A stretch of DNA of 64,000 nucleotides from Anaeromyxobacteraceae bacterium. GTDB lineage: Bacteria > Myxococcota > Myxococcia > Myxococcales > Anaeromyxobacteraceae. The translations under genes and the position numbers were made by a program. Location: the NCBI GenBank assembly GCA_032654565.1, contig JAULAX010000018.1:352001-416000 (forward strand). Reading direction: 5' to 3'. The notes beneath the pieces are model-generated. The model saw nothing but the letters and a program-made list of their open reading frames with translations, searched no databases and had not been told where the DNA came from. Shown here in pieces: positions 50,548-64,000 of the stretch (position 1 is the stretch's first letter; every line of letters starts with the position of its first letter).

Positions 50548-51407
50548 TGATCCTCCGCCGCGCCGCCGCGCCGGCGTTGCTGCTGGCCCTCACCGGCTGC
50601 TGGGTCCCGCTGGAGCGGGGCCGGCAGCTGGAGGCCAGGGTGCAGCGGCTGGAGGTCGAGACCCGGGAGCAGGCCCAGGAGATGGAGGTCCAGATCCGGG
50701 AGAAGATCACCCAGGCCGACAAGAAGCTGCGCGAGGTCCAGGTCAAGCTCGACGAGCTCAACACCGCGGCCCGGGCCAAGGGGGCCGACCTGGGCGTGGC
50801 GGTGGCCAGGCTCGGCGAGGAGCTGGCGCGGGTGAAGGGCGAGCTGGAGGCCCAGGCCCACAACCTGGCCGTGCTGCAGCAGCAGGTGGCCGAGGCTGGC
50901 AAGGAGACCGAGACCAGGCTGGCCTCGCTGAAGGGGACCGGGGCGCTCGACGAGGCCATGGCCCGGCAGAAGATCGCCGAGCTGCCGAAGCCGGACGACC
51001 GGGCCGCGGTCTTCGCGCTGGCCCAGCAGCTCGAGGCGGCCGGCGACAAGGGCGTGGCCCGGGAGACCTTCCTCCACTACGTGAAGCGCTGGCCGCGCGA
51101 CGAGAAGGCGGCCGAGGCCACCTACCGCGCCGGGCACCTGCTGGCCCTCCAGGGGAAGTGGCGAGAGGCGGTGGTGGTCTTCGGCAAGGTGGCCGAGGAC
51201 TTCCCGAAGTCGGAGCGGGCCCCGGAGGCGCTGCTGCAGGTGGCCGAGGGGCTGGTCCAGCTCGACCGCCGCGAGGACGCCCGGGGGTTGCTGGAGCAGC
51301 TCATGGCCGACCACCCCAAGTCCGACGCCGCCCGGAAGGCCAAGGCCCGGCTGGCCGAGCTCTTCCCGGCCAAGGACGCCAGGAAGGCGCCGCCGAAGAA
51401 GAAGTAG
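50547..51407 (+). CDS. CpoB/YbgF-like lipoprotein (coiled coil plus TPR)
   Basis: Lipobox LTGC; coiled coil; TPR segment FPKSERAPEALL; coupled to the pal-like gene. Confidence 0.8.
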   Translation: MILRRAAAPALLLALTGCWVPLERGRQLEARVQRLEVETREQAQEMEVQIREKITQADKKLREVQVKLDELNTAARAKGADLGVAVARLGEELARVKGELEAQAHNLAVLQQQVAEAGKETETRLASLKGTGALDEAMARQKIAELPKPDDRAAVFALAQQLEAAGDKGVARETFLHYVKRWPRDEKAAEATYRAGHLLALQGKWREAVVVFGKVAEDFPKSERAPEALLQVAEGLVQLDRREDARGLLEQLMADHPKSDAARKAKARLAELFPAKDARKAPPKKK

Positions 51408-51411
51408 GGCC

Positions 51412-53079
<1,668 letters not shown>

Positions 53080-53197
53080 CTCCTGGTCCTATCCTACCGG
53101 CGGGAACTGGGACGGGAAGTGAAAACTGGCCGCGTCCCGGCCGGGGTGCGGGGCGGCGGCGACGAGTGAGGTCCAGTGCACGGACGGGGCCGCGGCA

Positions 53198-53268
53198 CGG
53201 ACGGCCGCCAAGTGGCCGTATCTTCTACGGACCGGCCGCGGATCGGCCGGCTGAATGGCGGCCGTCCG
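53198..53268. other. Predicted three-way-junction RNA/DNA structure
   Basis: Perfect 13-bp outer stem enclosing perfect 5-bp and 7-bp hairpins. Confidence 0.5.
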
Positions 53269-53430
53269 CTGGACGGGCGGCCGAACGGCGGACCCCCCAG
53301 GTCGCGGCGCGGACGGGTCGAGGCACGGCCCCGGGGGGTACCGGGCTGGACAGGGCAGGAGACCGGCGTACGGCCCGGGTCCAGTACCAGTCCCCGGGGG
53401 GCGGACCCCGGGAGGAGGGCCGCGAGCCGG

Positions 53431-54252
53431 TCAGCCGCGGACCAGCGCCTCGAACTCCTCGTTCCCCTCCAGCGCCTCGAACATCCGGTCGGTCTCGAGC
53501 CAGGAGCGGACCTTGACCGGGTCGATGGAGAGGGCTCGCCGCAGCGCCACCAGCGCCGGGGCCGGCCGGCCCCAGAGGGCGTGCAGCCCGCCGAGGTTGT
53601 AGTTGAGGAGCAGGTCGTCGGGGCGCAGCCGGGAGGCCCCGGCGTAGGCCCGCTCCGCCTCCTCGTAGAACCCCTGCTGGGCGTAGGCGATGCCGAGGTC
53701 GAGCCAGGCGTCGAAGAGGTCGGGCGCCAGCCGCACCACCTCCTTGAGCTGGCCGATGGCGCCGCGGTACTCCCCCTCGTCGAGCAGCAGCGAGGCCAGC
53801 TCGTGGCGCGGCTGCGGATCGTCCGGGGCCTGGTCGACGGCGGTCCGCAGCGCCGCCAGGGCCTCGTCGACGCGCCCCTCGTCGGCCAGGGTCAGGCCGA
53901 GGTTGAGCTGGGCGTCCGGGAAGACCGGGTCGAGGGCGAGGGTGGTCCGGTAGGACTCCAGCGCCAGGTCGATGGCGTGGGCGTTGAGGAAGGAGGCCAG
54001 GTTGAAGTGGACGGTGGCGCTCTCGGGATCGAGCCGGAGGGCGACCAGGTGCTCGGCCAGCGCCTCCCCGAGCCGCTTCTGCTCGGCGTAGACGGTGGCC
54101 AGGTTGTCGTGGGGGTGGGAGGCGGCGGGGTCGAGCTCGATGGCCCGCTGGAACTCCTTGACCGCCTCGTCGAGCCAGCCCCGGTCGGCCAGCTCGATGC
54201 CCCGGGCGTTGTGCAGGTCGGATCGGTCGGCGGGGTCCTTGTCGCGGCTCAC
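53431..54252 (-). CDS. Tetratricopeptide repeat protein
   Basis: Repeated TPR patterns (HDNLA, HFNLA, LNLG, LDLG, YNLG); start approximate. Confidence 0.9.
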   Translation of the reverse strand: MSRDKDPADRSDLHNARGIELADRGWLDEAVKEFQRAIELDPAASHPHDNLATVYAEQKRLGEALAEHLVALRLDPESATVHFNLASFLNAHAIDLALESYRTTLALDPVFPDAQLNLGLTLADEGRVDEALAALRTAVDQAPDDPQPRHELASLLLDEGEYRGAIGQLKEVVRLAPDLFDAWLDLGIAYAQQGFYEEAERAYAGASRLRPDDLLLNYNLGGLHALWGRPAPALVALRRALSIDPVKVRSWLETDRMFEALEGNEEFEALVRG

Positions 54253-54290
54253 CCGGCGGAGTCTACTGCTTCGCGCCCCCACGGGGACCC

Positions 54291-54812
54291 ATGAACCGCC
54301 GCGTCGCCCTCATCGCCCTCCTCTCGCTGGTCGTCGCCGCCGCCGCCTGGCGGCTGACCCGCCCGGCGCCGCCCACCGACGAGCAGCTGGTCCGGGCCCT
54401 CTTCGAGGAGGCGGCCCTGGCCGCCGAGGCGGGGCGGGTCTCCGACGCCGTGGCCGGGCTCTCCGAGCGGTTCCGCGGGCAGGGGCTCGACCGGCAGGGG
54501 GTGAAGCGGCTGGTGGCGGCCACCACGCTGCGGGGCAGCTGGCGGGTGGTGCGGCTGGCCGGGCTCCGGGTGGAGGTGGCCGGCGACGCCGCCGGCGCCG
54601 TGCTCGACCTGGTGGCGACCCGCGCCGGGCCGGGGAGGTCGCTGGCCGACCTGCTCCCCGCCGACGGCAACGCCTGGCGGGTCGAGGCCCGGCTGGAGCG
54701 GGAGCCGGACGGGTGGCGCGTGGTCGGCGCCAGCTGGGCGGAGGAGTCGCTGGGGGACGCCCTGGCCGGCCCGGAGGCGGCCGGAGCGGCCCGCGACCCG
54801 GCCGCGCGTTGA
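54291..54812 (+). CDS. Hypothetical exported or membrane-anchored NTF2-like protein
   Basis: N-terminal hydrophobic helix; C-terminal RLEREPDGWRVVGASW. Confidence 0.55.
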   Translation: MNRRVALIALLSLVVAAAAWRLTRPAPPTDEQLVRALFEEAALAAEAGRVSDAVAGLSERFRGQGLDRQGVKRLVAATTLRGSWRVVRLAGLRVEVAGDAAGAVLDLVATRAGPGRSLADLLPADGNAWRVEARLEREPDGWRVVGASWAEESLGDALAGPEAAGAARDPAAR

Positions 54813-54844
54813 CGGCCCCGGCCGTTTGCGGGCACGCTCGCGCC

Positions 54845-55837
54845 ATGGCGCTCCACACCGTCCTCACCACCGGCCAGCTGGCCGAGGCCGCCGGCCGCTT
54901 CGGCCTCCCCCCGCCCGACCGGGCCCAGCCCGAGCCGCGGGGCCGGAGCAACACCAGCTACCACCTGCAGGTGGGGCCCGACCGCTGGTTCCTCCGGCTG
55001 GCCGAGGGCAGGTCGGAGGCCGAGGTGGCCTTCGAGGCCGCGGTGATGAGCTTCCTCTTCGACGCCCACTTCCCGGTGCCGCGGCTGGTGCTGGCCACCG
55101 ACGGCCGGCCGTTCGCCGAGGTGGCGGGGCGACCGGCCATGCTCTTCGCCTTCGCGCCCGGCGAGTCGGTGGACCGGGCCGGCGCCGGACCCGACCGCTG
55201 CCGGCGGGTGGGGGAGCAGCTGGGGCGGCTCCACGAGCTCTCCTCCGGGTTCACGCTGGAGCGTGAGAACCCCTTCGGCCCGTCCCGGGTGGCCGGGTGG
55301 CTGGGGGCGGTGGCGTCGTCGCCGGGGCTCGACGCCGAGGCCCGGGCGGCGCTGCCCCTGCTCGGCGATGAGCTGGCGGCCGCCGAGCGGCTGCCGGGCG
55401 CGCCCCGCGGGCTCTGCCACGGGGACCTCTTCATCGACAACGTCCTCTGGGTCGGCGACCGGGTGAGCTACCTCCTCGACTGGGAGATGGCCTGCCTGGC
55501 CCCGTTCGCCTACGACCTGGCGGTGGCCGTCGACGCCTGGTGCTTCACCGACCGGTACGACCCGGCCCGGGTCCGCGCCCTGCTCGACGGGTACCGCTCC
55601 AGGCGGCGGATCGAGCCGGAGACGGTGGAGGCGCTGCCGGCCTGGGCGCGCTGGGCGGCGCTGCGCTTCACGGTGAGCCGCCTCCACGCCAGCCTCGGCC
55701 CGGCGCTGCCGGCCGACCGGGTGGTGAGCAAGGACTGGCGGCGCTACCGGGACCGGCTCACCGCGCTGCGGGCGCTGGGGGCGGCCGGGTACCGCGAGCT
55801 GCTGGGGCCGGCCTCCGGTCCTACAGCCCCGCGGTGA
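54845..55837 (+). CDS. thrB: Homoserine kinase type II (APH-like)
   Basis: MALHT.., NTSY, HGDLFIDNV, LDWE, YDLAV and ALRF.VSRL motifs. Confidence 0.85.
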   Translation: MALHTVLTTGQLAEAAGRFGLPPPDRAQPEPRGRSNTSYHLQVGPDRWFLRLAEGRSEAEVAFEAAVMSFLFDAHFPVPRLVLATDGRPFAEVAGRPAMLFAFAPGESVDRAGAGPDRCRRVGEQLGRLHELSSGFTLERENPFGPSRVAGWLGAVASSPGLDAEARAALPLLGDELAAAERLPGAPRGLCHGDLFIDNVLWVGDRVSYLLDWEMACLAPFAYDLAVAVDAWCFTDRYDPARVRALLDGYRSRRRIEPETVEALPAWARWAALRFTVSRLHASLGPALPADRVVSKDWRRYRDRLTALRALGAAGYRELLGPASGPTAPR

Positions 55838-56282
55838 TCTTCCAGGCGCCGCCCTGCTTCTTGAAGCGCATCTGGCTGATGTCGGAGGGGCGCTTGGCCA
55901 CCGGGCCGCCCGGGGTGATCACCCGGTAGGCGGCGTCGTAGAAGACCTCGGCGCGGGCCTCCTCGCCGTTCACCTCGATCCGCTTCACCCCCATGTCGAT
56001 CATCACCGACTCCACCTTGCCGAGGTCGGTGGCCAGGAACTTCTCCAGGGTCTCGCGGCTGACGTCGTCGCCCGGGTCGGGCGTGCCCGAGCCGTCGTAG
56101 TAGTCGGGGGAGACCAGGAGGAGGATGGCGGCGGCGTCCTTCTTCCGCAGCGCCTCGCCGTACTGCTTGATGACCTCGTAGACCGCCCGGTTCTCCCTGG
56201 AGTCGACGATCTCGGTGTTGGGGATCCGGCTGGGGGCGCAGGCGAGGAGCAGGGCGAGGAGCGGCAGGAGGCGGGAGCGCAT
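55821..56282 (-). CDS. NTF2-like (DUF4440-type) lipoprotein
   Basis: Lipobox LLAC; C-terminal FKKQGGAWKITAGL. Confidence 0.7.
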   Translation of the reverse strand: MRSRLLPLLALLLACAPSRIPNTEIVDSRENRAVYEVIKQYGEALRKKDAAAILLLVSPDYYDGSGTPDPGDDVSRETLEKFLATDLGKVESVMIDMGVKRIEVNGEEARAEVFYDAAYRVITPGGPVAKRPSDISQMRFKKQGGAWKITAGL

Positions 56283-56409
56283 GCAGGAGCGTTAGCGCGG
56301 CTCCGGGTGAGCGTCAACTCACCGGCCCCCTCGGGCCGGGCGCCGGCCGGTGCGCCGCGGCCAGGCCCGGCGGCTTGCCGGCGGTCGGCGACGCCGCTAC
56401 CGTCCGGCC

Positions 56410-56871
56410 GTGACCGCGCCCGGGAGCAGCCTCGCCACCCTGACCGCCTTCTTCGCCGCGGCCCCGGCGGCGGCCCGGGCGGTGCGCCCGCTCTCGCCCG
56501 CGGCGCGGATCCGGCTCGAGCTGGAGGAGGGGCCGGCCGCCTTCACCCTGGCCGACGGCACCCCTCGCCTCGGCGCCGGCGCGCCGGGCGACCCCGACTT
56601 CACGCTCCGGCTGCCGGCGGGGGCGGTGGCCCGGCTCTGCGCCCGCCCCGAGGCCGGGGTCGGCGAGCTGGGGCTGCTCTTCTTCACGCTGCTGCTGGAG
56701 CGCGACCCGGCCCTGCGCGTCGGGGTGCGGCTCCACGCCGCCACCGGCCGCCTGCTGGCCAACGGCTACCTGGCGGTGCTCGCCCTGGGCGGCCCGCGGG
56801 TGGCGCTCTGGCTGCTGCGGCGGGGGCTGGCCGATCCGCGGGCCGTCCTGGAGCGGCTCCGCCGGCGCTGA
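56410..56871 (+). CDS. Hypothetical protein, SCP2-like fold possible
   Basis: G..GDPDFTLRL pattern; start uncertain. Confidence 0.5.
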   Translation: MTAPGSSLATLTAFFAAAPAAARAVRPLSPAARIRLELEEGPAAFTLADGTPRLGAGAPGDPDFTLRLPAGAVARLCARPEAGVGELGLLFFTLLLERDPALRVGVRLHAATGRLLANGYLAVLALGGPRVALWLLRRGLADPRAVLERLRRR

Positions 56872-56904
56872 AGGTAGAGCCGGGCGGAGCCGCCGTCCCG
56901 CCGC

Positions 56905-57405
56905 TCAGGCGATCTTCTGGTACCTGGCGGCGGGCGCCCCGCAGAGCGGGCACTTCTCCGGCGGCGGGCCGAACTCGATGTCCCCGCAGACCGGGCAGAG
57001 GTAGACGTCCATGGTGGAGAGATCCTTGCCCGCCTTCATGGCGGCCAGCGCCTCCTTGAAGAGCCGGGCGTGGACCTGCTCGGCGGCCAGGGCGTAGGCC
57101 AGCATGTGGCGACCCTTGTGCCCCTCCTCCTGGGCCGTCTTCACCATGGGCGGGTACATCTCGGTGAACTCGTAGGTCTCGCCGGCCACCGCGGCCTCGA
57201 GGTTCTGCAGCGTGGTGCCGACGCCCCCCATGTTGGCGAAGTGGGCCAGGGCGTGGATGGTCTCGGCCTCGGCGGCGCTGCGGAAGAGGCGGGCGATCTG
57301 CGGGAGCCCCTCCTTGTCGGCGGCCTTGGCGAAGGCCAGGTACTTGCGGTTGGCCTGGCTCTCGCCGGCGAAGGCGACGGCCAGGTTCTCGTTTGTGGTC
57401 GGCAT
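56905..57405 (-). CDS. rbr: Rubrerythrin
   Basis: AFAGESQANRKY, ETIH, GETYE; C-terminal CPVCG..CPLCG. Confidence 0.95.
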   Translation of the reverse strand: MPTTNENLAVAFAGESQANRKYLAFAKAADKEGLPQIARLFRSAAEAETIHALAHFANMGGVGTTLQNLEAAVAGETYEFTEMYPPMVKTAQEEGHKGRHMLAYALAAEQVHARLFKEALAAMKAGKDLSTMDVYLCPVCGDIEFGPPPEKCPLCGAPAARYQKIA

Positions 57406-57448
57406 CGGTGCTCCCCTTGGATGGTGGAGCGCCGAGTGTACCCGCGGA

Positions 57449-60313
<2,865 letters not shown>

Positions 60314-60422
60314 GGAGGCAGGTATCTAACGCGCCGGGGCCCCGGTGGCCACCCGCCCTGCCCCCCGCCGGCCCCACCCGCTCCCTTCCGTGACCCCCAC
60401 CGAGGTGGTACGACCGCGGGTC

Positions 60423-61394
60423 ATGGCCAGCCCCGGAATGCCACTGTCGGTGCCAGCACCGCTGCCGGTGCCCAGCCGGGGCCGGGCGCGGACCTTGCTC
60501 TTCGGCGCCGGCGTGCTCTTCGGCCTCTCCGCCATGCTGGCCCGGCTGGCCTCCACCGGCGGCCAGATGAGCGGCGGGCGGGTGACCCTGGTCCGCTTCG
60601 TGGTCGGGGTGGTGGCGGTGCTGGCGCTCTTCGTGGCCCGCCCCGGGACCTTCCGGCCGGTCCGCTACTCGCTGCTGGTCTCCCGTGGCCTCTTCGGGGG
60701 GCTGGCCGCCCTCTGCTACTTCATGGCCCTCTCGCTCATCCCCGCCGGCGAGGCCACGCTGCTCAACAACACCTTCCCCATCTGGGCGGTGCTGCTCTCC
60801 TTCTTCCTGCTCGGTGAGCGCCCCACCTTCCACCTGGCGGTGGCGCTGGTGATCGCCTCGGCCGGCGTCTTCCTGGTGGTGGGCGACGGGCGGCTCAGCT
60901 TCTCGCTCGGCCTCGGCGAGGGGCTGGGCATCCTCTCGGCGGTGCTGGGCGGCTTCGCCGTCACCAGCATCCGCGCCCTGCGGGCCACCGACAACGCCCC
61001 CACCATCTTCTTCGCCATGGCGGTGGGCGGGGTGCTGGTCTCGCTCCCCTTCGCCTTCGGCCCCTGGGCCACCGGCGCCTGGCCGGTCGACCTGCTGCCC
61101 TGGGTGGCGGCCGGCGCCTGCGGGGTGGTGGCCTTCCTGGCCCAGCTGCTCATGACCGAGGCCTACGGCACCCTCTCGGTGCCGGAGGCGGCCCTCTGGC
61201 AGCAGCTGACGCCGCTGGCCACCTTCGGCTGGGCGCTGGCCATCGGCGAGCGGCTCACCGGCGTCACCCTGCTGGGCGTGCTGCTGGGCATCGCCGGGGT
61301 GGTCTACGGCGCCGTGCTCGGCCACGTGCCGCGCCCCGGCGCCAGCCCGGTGCTGCGCGAGGCGGCGGCCGGCCTGCCCACCGAGGAGCCATGA
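60423..61394 (+). CDS. EamA/DMT family transporter (paralog 1)
   Basis: About 10 TM helices; SRGLFG, IPAGEA.LL.NTFP and LGER motifs. Confidence 0.88.
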   Translation: MASPGMPLSVPAPLPVPSRGRARTLLFGAGVLFGLSAMLARLASTGGQMSGGRVTLVRFVVGVVAVLALFVARPGTFRPVRYSLLVSRGLFGGLAALCYFMALSLIPAGEATLLNNTFPIWAVLLSFFLLGERPTFHLAVALVIASAGVFLVVGDGRLSFSLGLGEGLGILSAVLGGFAVTSIRALRATDNAPTIFFAMAVGGVLVSLPFAFGPWATGAWPVDLLPWVAAGACGVVAFLAQLLMTEAYGTLSVPEAALWQQLTPLATFGWALAIGERLTGVTLLGVLLGIAGVVYGAVLGHVPRPGASPVLREAAAGLPTEEP

Positions 61395-62302
61395 GCGGCC
61401 CCGGCACCCGGGGGCGGGCGCGGCTGCTGCTGCTCGGCTCGGCGCTCTGCTTCGGGCTGATGGCGGTGCTGGCCCGCCACCTCTCCCGCGGCCCCGGCGC
61501 CTTCACCGCCGGCCACCTCTCGGTGATCCGCTTCGGGCTGGGGGCGGCCGTCTCGCTGCTGGCCTTCCGCCTCCGCCCCGGCCTCCACGCCCCGCAGCGG
61601 CTGCGCCTGCTCTGGACCCGCGGCCTCTCCGGCGGCGTGGTGGTGGTGCTCTACTTCCTGGCGCTGGCCCGCATCCCGGCCGGCGAGGCGGGGATGCTCT
61701 ACAACCTCTTCCCGGTCATCGCCACGCTGCTGGCCATCCCGGTCTTCGGCGAGCGCCCCACCGTCCACCTGCTGCTGGCGCTGCTGGTGGCCTCGGCCGG
61801 GGTGGGGCTGGTGCTGGGGGGCGGAACCCTCTCGCTGGGGCTGGGGGCCGGCGAGCTCTTCGCCCTGGCGGCGGCCTGCTTCGCCGCCTTCTCGGCGGTG
61901 ACCATCCGGGCCATGCGCCCCACCGAGAACGCCGCCACCATCTTCTTCTACTTCTGCCTGGGCGGCCTGCCGGTGGCGCTCCCCTTCGCGCTCGATCCCT
62001 GGCCGCTCGACCCGGCGGCCTGGGGGCTGGCGGCGCTGATGGCGCTGGCCGCCTACGGCGCCCAGGTGCTGATGGCCGAGGCCTACGGGGCGCTCACCGT
62101 GGGCGAGGCGGCCATCTGGCTGCAGCTGACCCCCATCGCCCAGGTGGCGCTGGGGGCGGCGCTGCTCTCGGAGCGGCTCCCGCCGCTGGCGCTGGTGGGG
62201 GTGGTGGTGGGGGTGGCCGGCGTGGCCTACGGCTCGGTGATGGGGGCGAGGCGCCCCGTCGACGGTGACGGACTGCTGCGCGCCGGAGCGGGGAAGCGGT
62301 AG
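61391..62302 (+). CDS. EamA/DMT family transporter (paralog 2)
   Basis: Same motifs as the upstream gene; ATGA overlap. Confidence 0.88.
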   Translation: MSGPGTRGRARLLLLGSALCFGLMAVLARHLSRGPGAFTAGHLSVIRFGLGAAVSLLAFRLRPGLHAPQRLRLLWTRGLSGGVVVVLYFLALARIPAGEAGMLYNLFPVIATLLAIPVFGERPTVHLLLALLVASAGVGLVLGGGTLSLGLGAGELFALAAACFAAFSAVTIRAMRPTENAATIFFYFCLGGLPVALPFALDPWPLDPAAWGLAALMALAAYGAQVLMAEAYGALTVGEAAIWLQLTPIAQVALGAALLSERLPPLALVGVVVGVAGVAYGSVMGARRPVDGDGLLRAGAGKR

Positions 62303-62351
62303 AGTCCCCGGGCGCCTCACGCTGGTCCACCACCGCCCCCGGAGACCCACC

Positions 62352-62900
62352 ATGCGCCACCTCGTCGCCGTCCTCGCCCTCAGCCTGGCCCTCCCTGCGT
62401 TCGCCCGCGAGGTGGCGGGGGTCCAGGTCCCCGACGCCGCCACCGTGGGCGGCAAGACCCTGGCGCTCAACGGCGCCGGCCTGCGCTCCAAGCTCTTCAT
62501 CAAGGTCTACGTGGGCGCGCTCTACCTGGAGCAGCGCTCCTCCGACGCCGCCGCCATCGTCGCCGCCGACGCCCCCTGGAAGGTGGCGATGTTCTTCAAG
62601 CGCGACGTCGACAAGTCGTCGATCCTGGGCGCCTTCAAGGACGGGTTCGAGAACAACTCCAAGGCCGACCTGGCCAAGGTGGTCCCCAGCCTGGCCCGCA
62701 TCGACGCCATCATGAAGGACCTGAAGAGCGGCGACGTGCTGGAGATCTCCTACGTCCCCGGGGCCGGCTCCACCGTGGCCGCGCCGGGCGGGGCCACCGT
62801 CACCATCGAGGGCAAGACCTTCGCCGACGCCCTGCTGCGCAACTGGCTGGGCGACAAGCCGGCCGACGGCGACCTGAAGAGCGGGATGCTGGGGAAGTAG
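62352..62900 (+). CDS. Chalcone isomerase-like periplasmic protein
   Basis: Signal peptide; LNGAGLRSKLFIKVYVGALYL and WLGDKP motifs. Confidence 0.88.
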   Translation: MRHLVAVLALSLALPAFAREVAGVQVPDAATVGGKTLALNGAGLRSKLFIKVYVGALYLEQRSSDAAAIVAADAPWKVAMFFKRDVDKSSILGAFKDGFENNSKADLAKVVPSLARIDAIMKDLKSGDVLEISYVPGAGSTVAAPGGATVTIEGKTFADALLRNWLGDKPADGDLKSGMLGK

Positions 62901-63056
62901 CGCGCCGGACCTGGCCTGGCTGGCGGCGCAGGAGGTCGGCCGGCCGGGGGCGTGGCCGAGGCTGGCCGGGCCAGGAGGCACGTGACACCGGGCCGGTGCC
63001 AGCGTGACTCCTGGTCACTGGTCACGACCTTGAGCGGCTCGACCTGTACCCGGAGG

Positions 63057-63103
63057 TGGTCCCTCCTTCGCAACTTCGTGCGCCCGAAGTTGCGTTTGGG
63101 GGA
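63057..63103. repeat. Palindromic REP-like element, intact copy; may also act as a terminator
   Basis: CGCAACTTCG-TGCGCC-CGAAGTTGCG perfect 10-bp stem plus flanking CCC../..GGGGG. Confidence 0.65.
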
Positions 63104-63109
63104 GGCGAC

Positions 63110-63853
63110 TCAGTCCCTTCGCCGTCCGCCCAGCAGCTGCAGCACCGCCAGGAACAGGTTGATGAAGTCGAGGTAGAGCGAGAGCGCCCCGCCGATGGGG
63201 GCGCCGGCCGTGGTGGCGCCGCCGGCCCGGGCGTAGGCCCGGAGCTTCTGGGTGTCGTAGGCGGTCAGGCCGGTGAAGACCACCACCGCGGCGCAGGAGA
63301 TGACGAACTGCATCGCCGAGCTCTGCAAGAACATGTTGACCAGGCCGGCGATGACCACCCCGAAGAGCCCCATCACCAGGAACGAGCTCCAGCTGGTCAG
63401 GTCGCGGCTGGTCACGGTGCCGTAGACGCTCATGGCGGCGAAGGTGCCGGCGGTGATGCCGAAGGCCAGCGCCACCGAGTCGCCGGTGTAGACCAGCAGC
63501 AGCACCGAGAAGGTCACCCCGGTGAGCGCCGAGTAGAGCAGGAAGAGCCCGCCGGCGGCGGCGCGAGAGAGGCGCGGCAGCATCGACGAGAGGGCGATGA
63601 CCACGCCGAACTGGGCGATCATCAGGCCGTAGAAGACCCAGCGGTTCCGGACCACCACCTCGAGCACCGCCGGGGTGGCGGCGACGGTGAAGGCGACGCC
63701 GGCGGTGACCAGCAGCCCCAGCGCCATCCAGCGGTAGACGGCGCCGATGAAGGCGCGCTCGGCGCTGACCGCGCCGACGGCGTAGGGGGGCGGCTGGCCG
63801 GTGACGGTGATGGGGTAGGGCGAGCGGGCCTGCGGCTTGGGTTCGAAGGGCAT
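63110..63853 (-). CDS. Bax inhibitor-1/YccA (YbhL-like) family membrane protein
   Basis: VYRWMALGL, FTGLTAYDTQKL and ALSLYLDFINLFL motifs. Confidence 0.93.
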   Translation of the reverse strand: MPFEPKPQARSPYPITVTGQPPPYAVGAVSAERAFIGAVYRWMALGLLVTAGVAFTVAATPAVLEVVVRNRWVFYGLMIAQFGVVIALSSMLPRLSRAAAGGLFLLYSALTGVTFSVLLLVYTGDSVALAFGITAGTFAAMSVYGTVTSRDLTSWSSFLVMGLFGVVIAGLVNMFLQSSAMQFVISCAAVVVFTGLTAYDTQKLRAYARAGGATTAGAPIGGALSLYLDFINLFLAVLQLLGGRRRD

Positions 63854-63880
63854 GGCGATCTCTCTAACACGCGGGGGGTG

Positions 63881-64000
63881 TCATTTCTTCCGGAAGAGGG
63901 CCTCCAGGGCGTCGCGGGGGTCCTCCTCGCGGGCGGCGGGGGCCTCGCCGAAGAGGGCCCGCAGGGCGTCCTTGGCCTGGCGCGACGACTGCCGCCGGCG
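63881..64000 (-). CDS. 3' end of an unidentified CDS running off the window
   Basis: Open frame RRRQSSRQAKDALRALFGEAPAAREEDPRDALEALFRKK-stop. Confidence 0.5.
   Translation of the reverse strand, partial: RRRQSSRQAKDALRALFGEAPAAREEDPRDALEALFRKK

Overview
High-GC bacterial chromosome segment. Gene families (MXAN_5187-like protein, Cys-rich Pal, FHA-sigma54 activator) point to Myxococcota, probably Anaeromyxobacter-like; this is an inference. 1-4.9 kb: 3' part of a hyf-like operon whose large subunit lacks the Ni-binding cysteine motifs (Ehr-type complex). 7.2-18.9 kb, minus strand: a tightly coupled 11-gene clade II nitrous-oxide-reductase operon. An Rrf2 regulator, a DsrL/NfnB-like FAD/Fe-S NAD(P)H oxidoreductase, a Rieske protein, a fused b6-type cytochrome b and a pentaheme cytochrome c precede nosZ-nosB-nosD-nosF-nosL-nosY, with no nosR or nosGH. 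This is the most notable system in the window. The remainder is mostly housekeeping: malic enzyme, sspB-like gene, tRNA-Leu, tig-clpP-clpX-[4-gene insertion]-lon, two paralogous HD-GYP genes, nadA, S46 peptidase, PBP1A, pal-cpoB, thrB, rubrerythrin, uvrA, an EamA pair and a YccA/BI-1 family gene. Non-coding signals include a degenerate ~92-bp tandem duplication, a 47-bp palindromic element found twice ~40 kb apart, and a clean three-way-junction structure upstream of the sigma54 activator. I saw no CRISPR array, transposase or integrase. All product calls come from motif recognition, not database searches.
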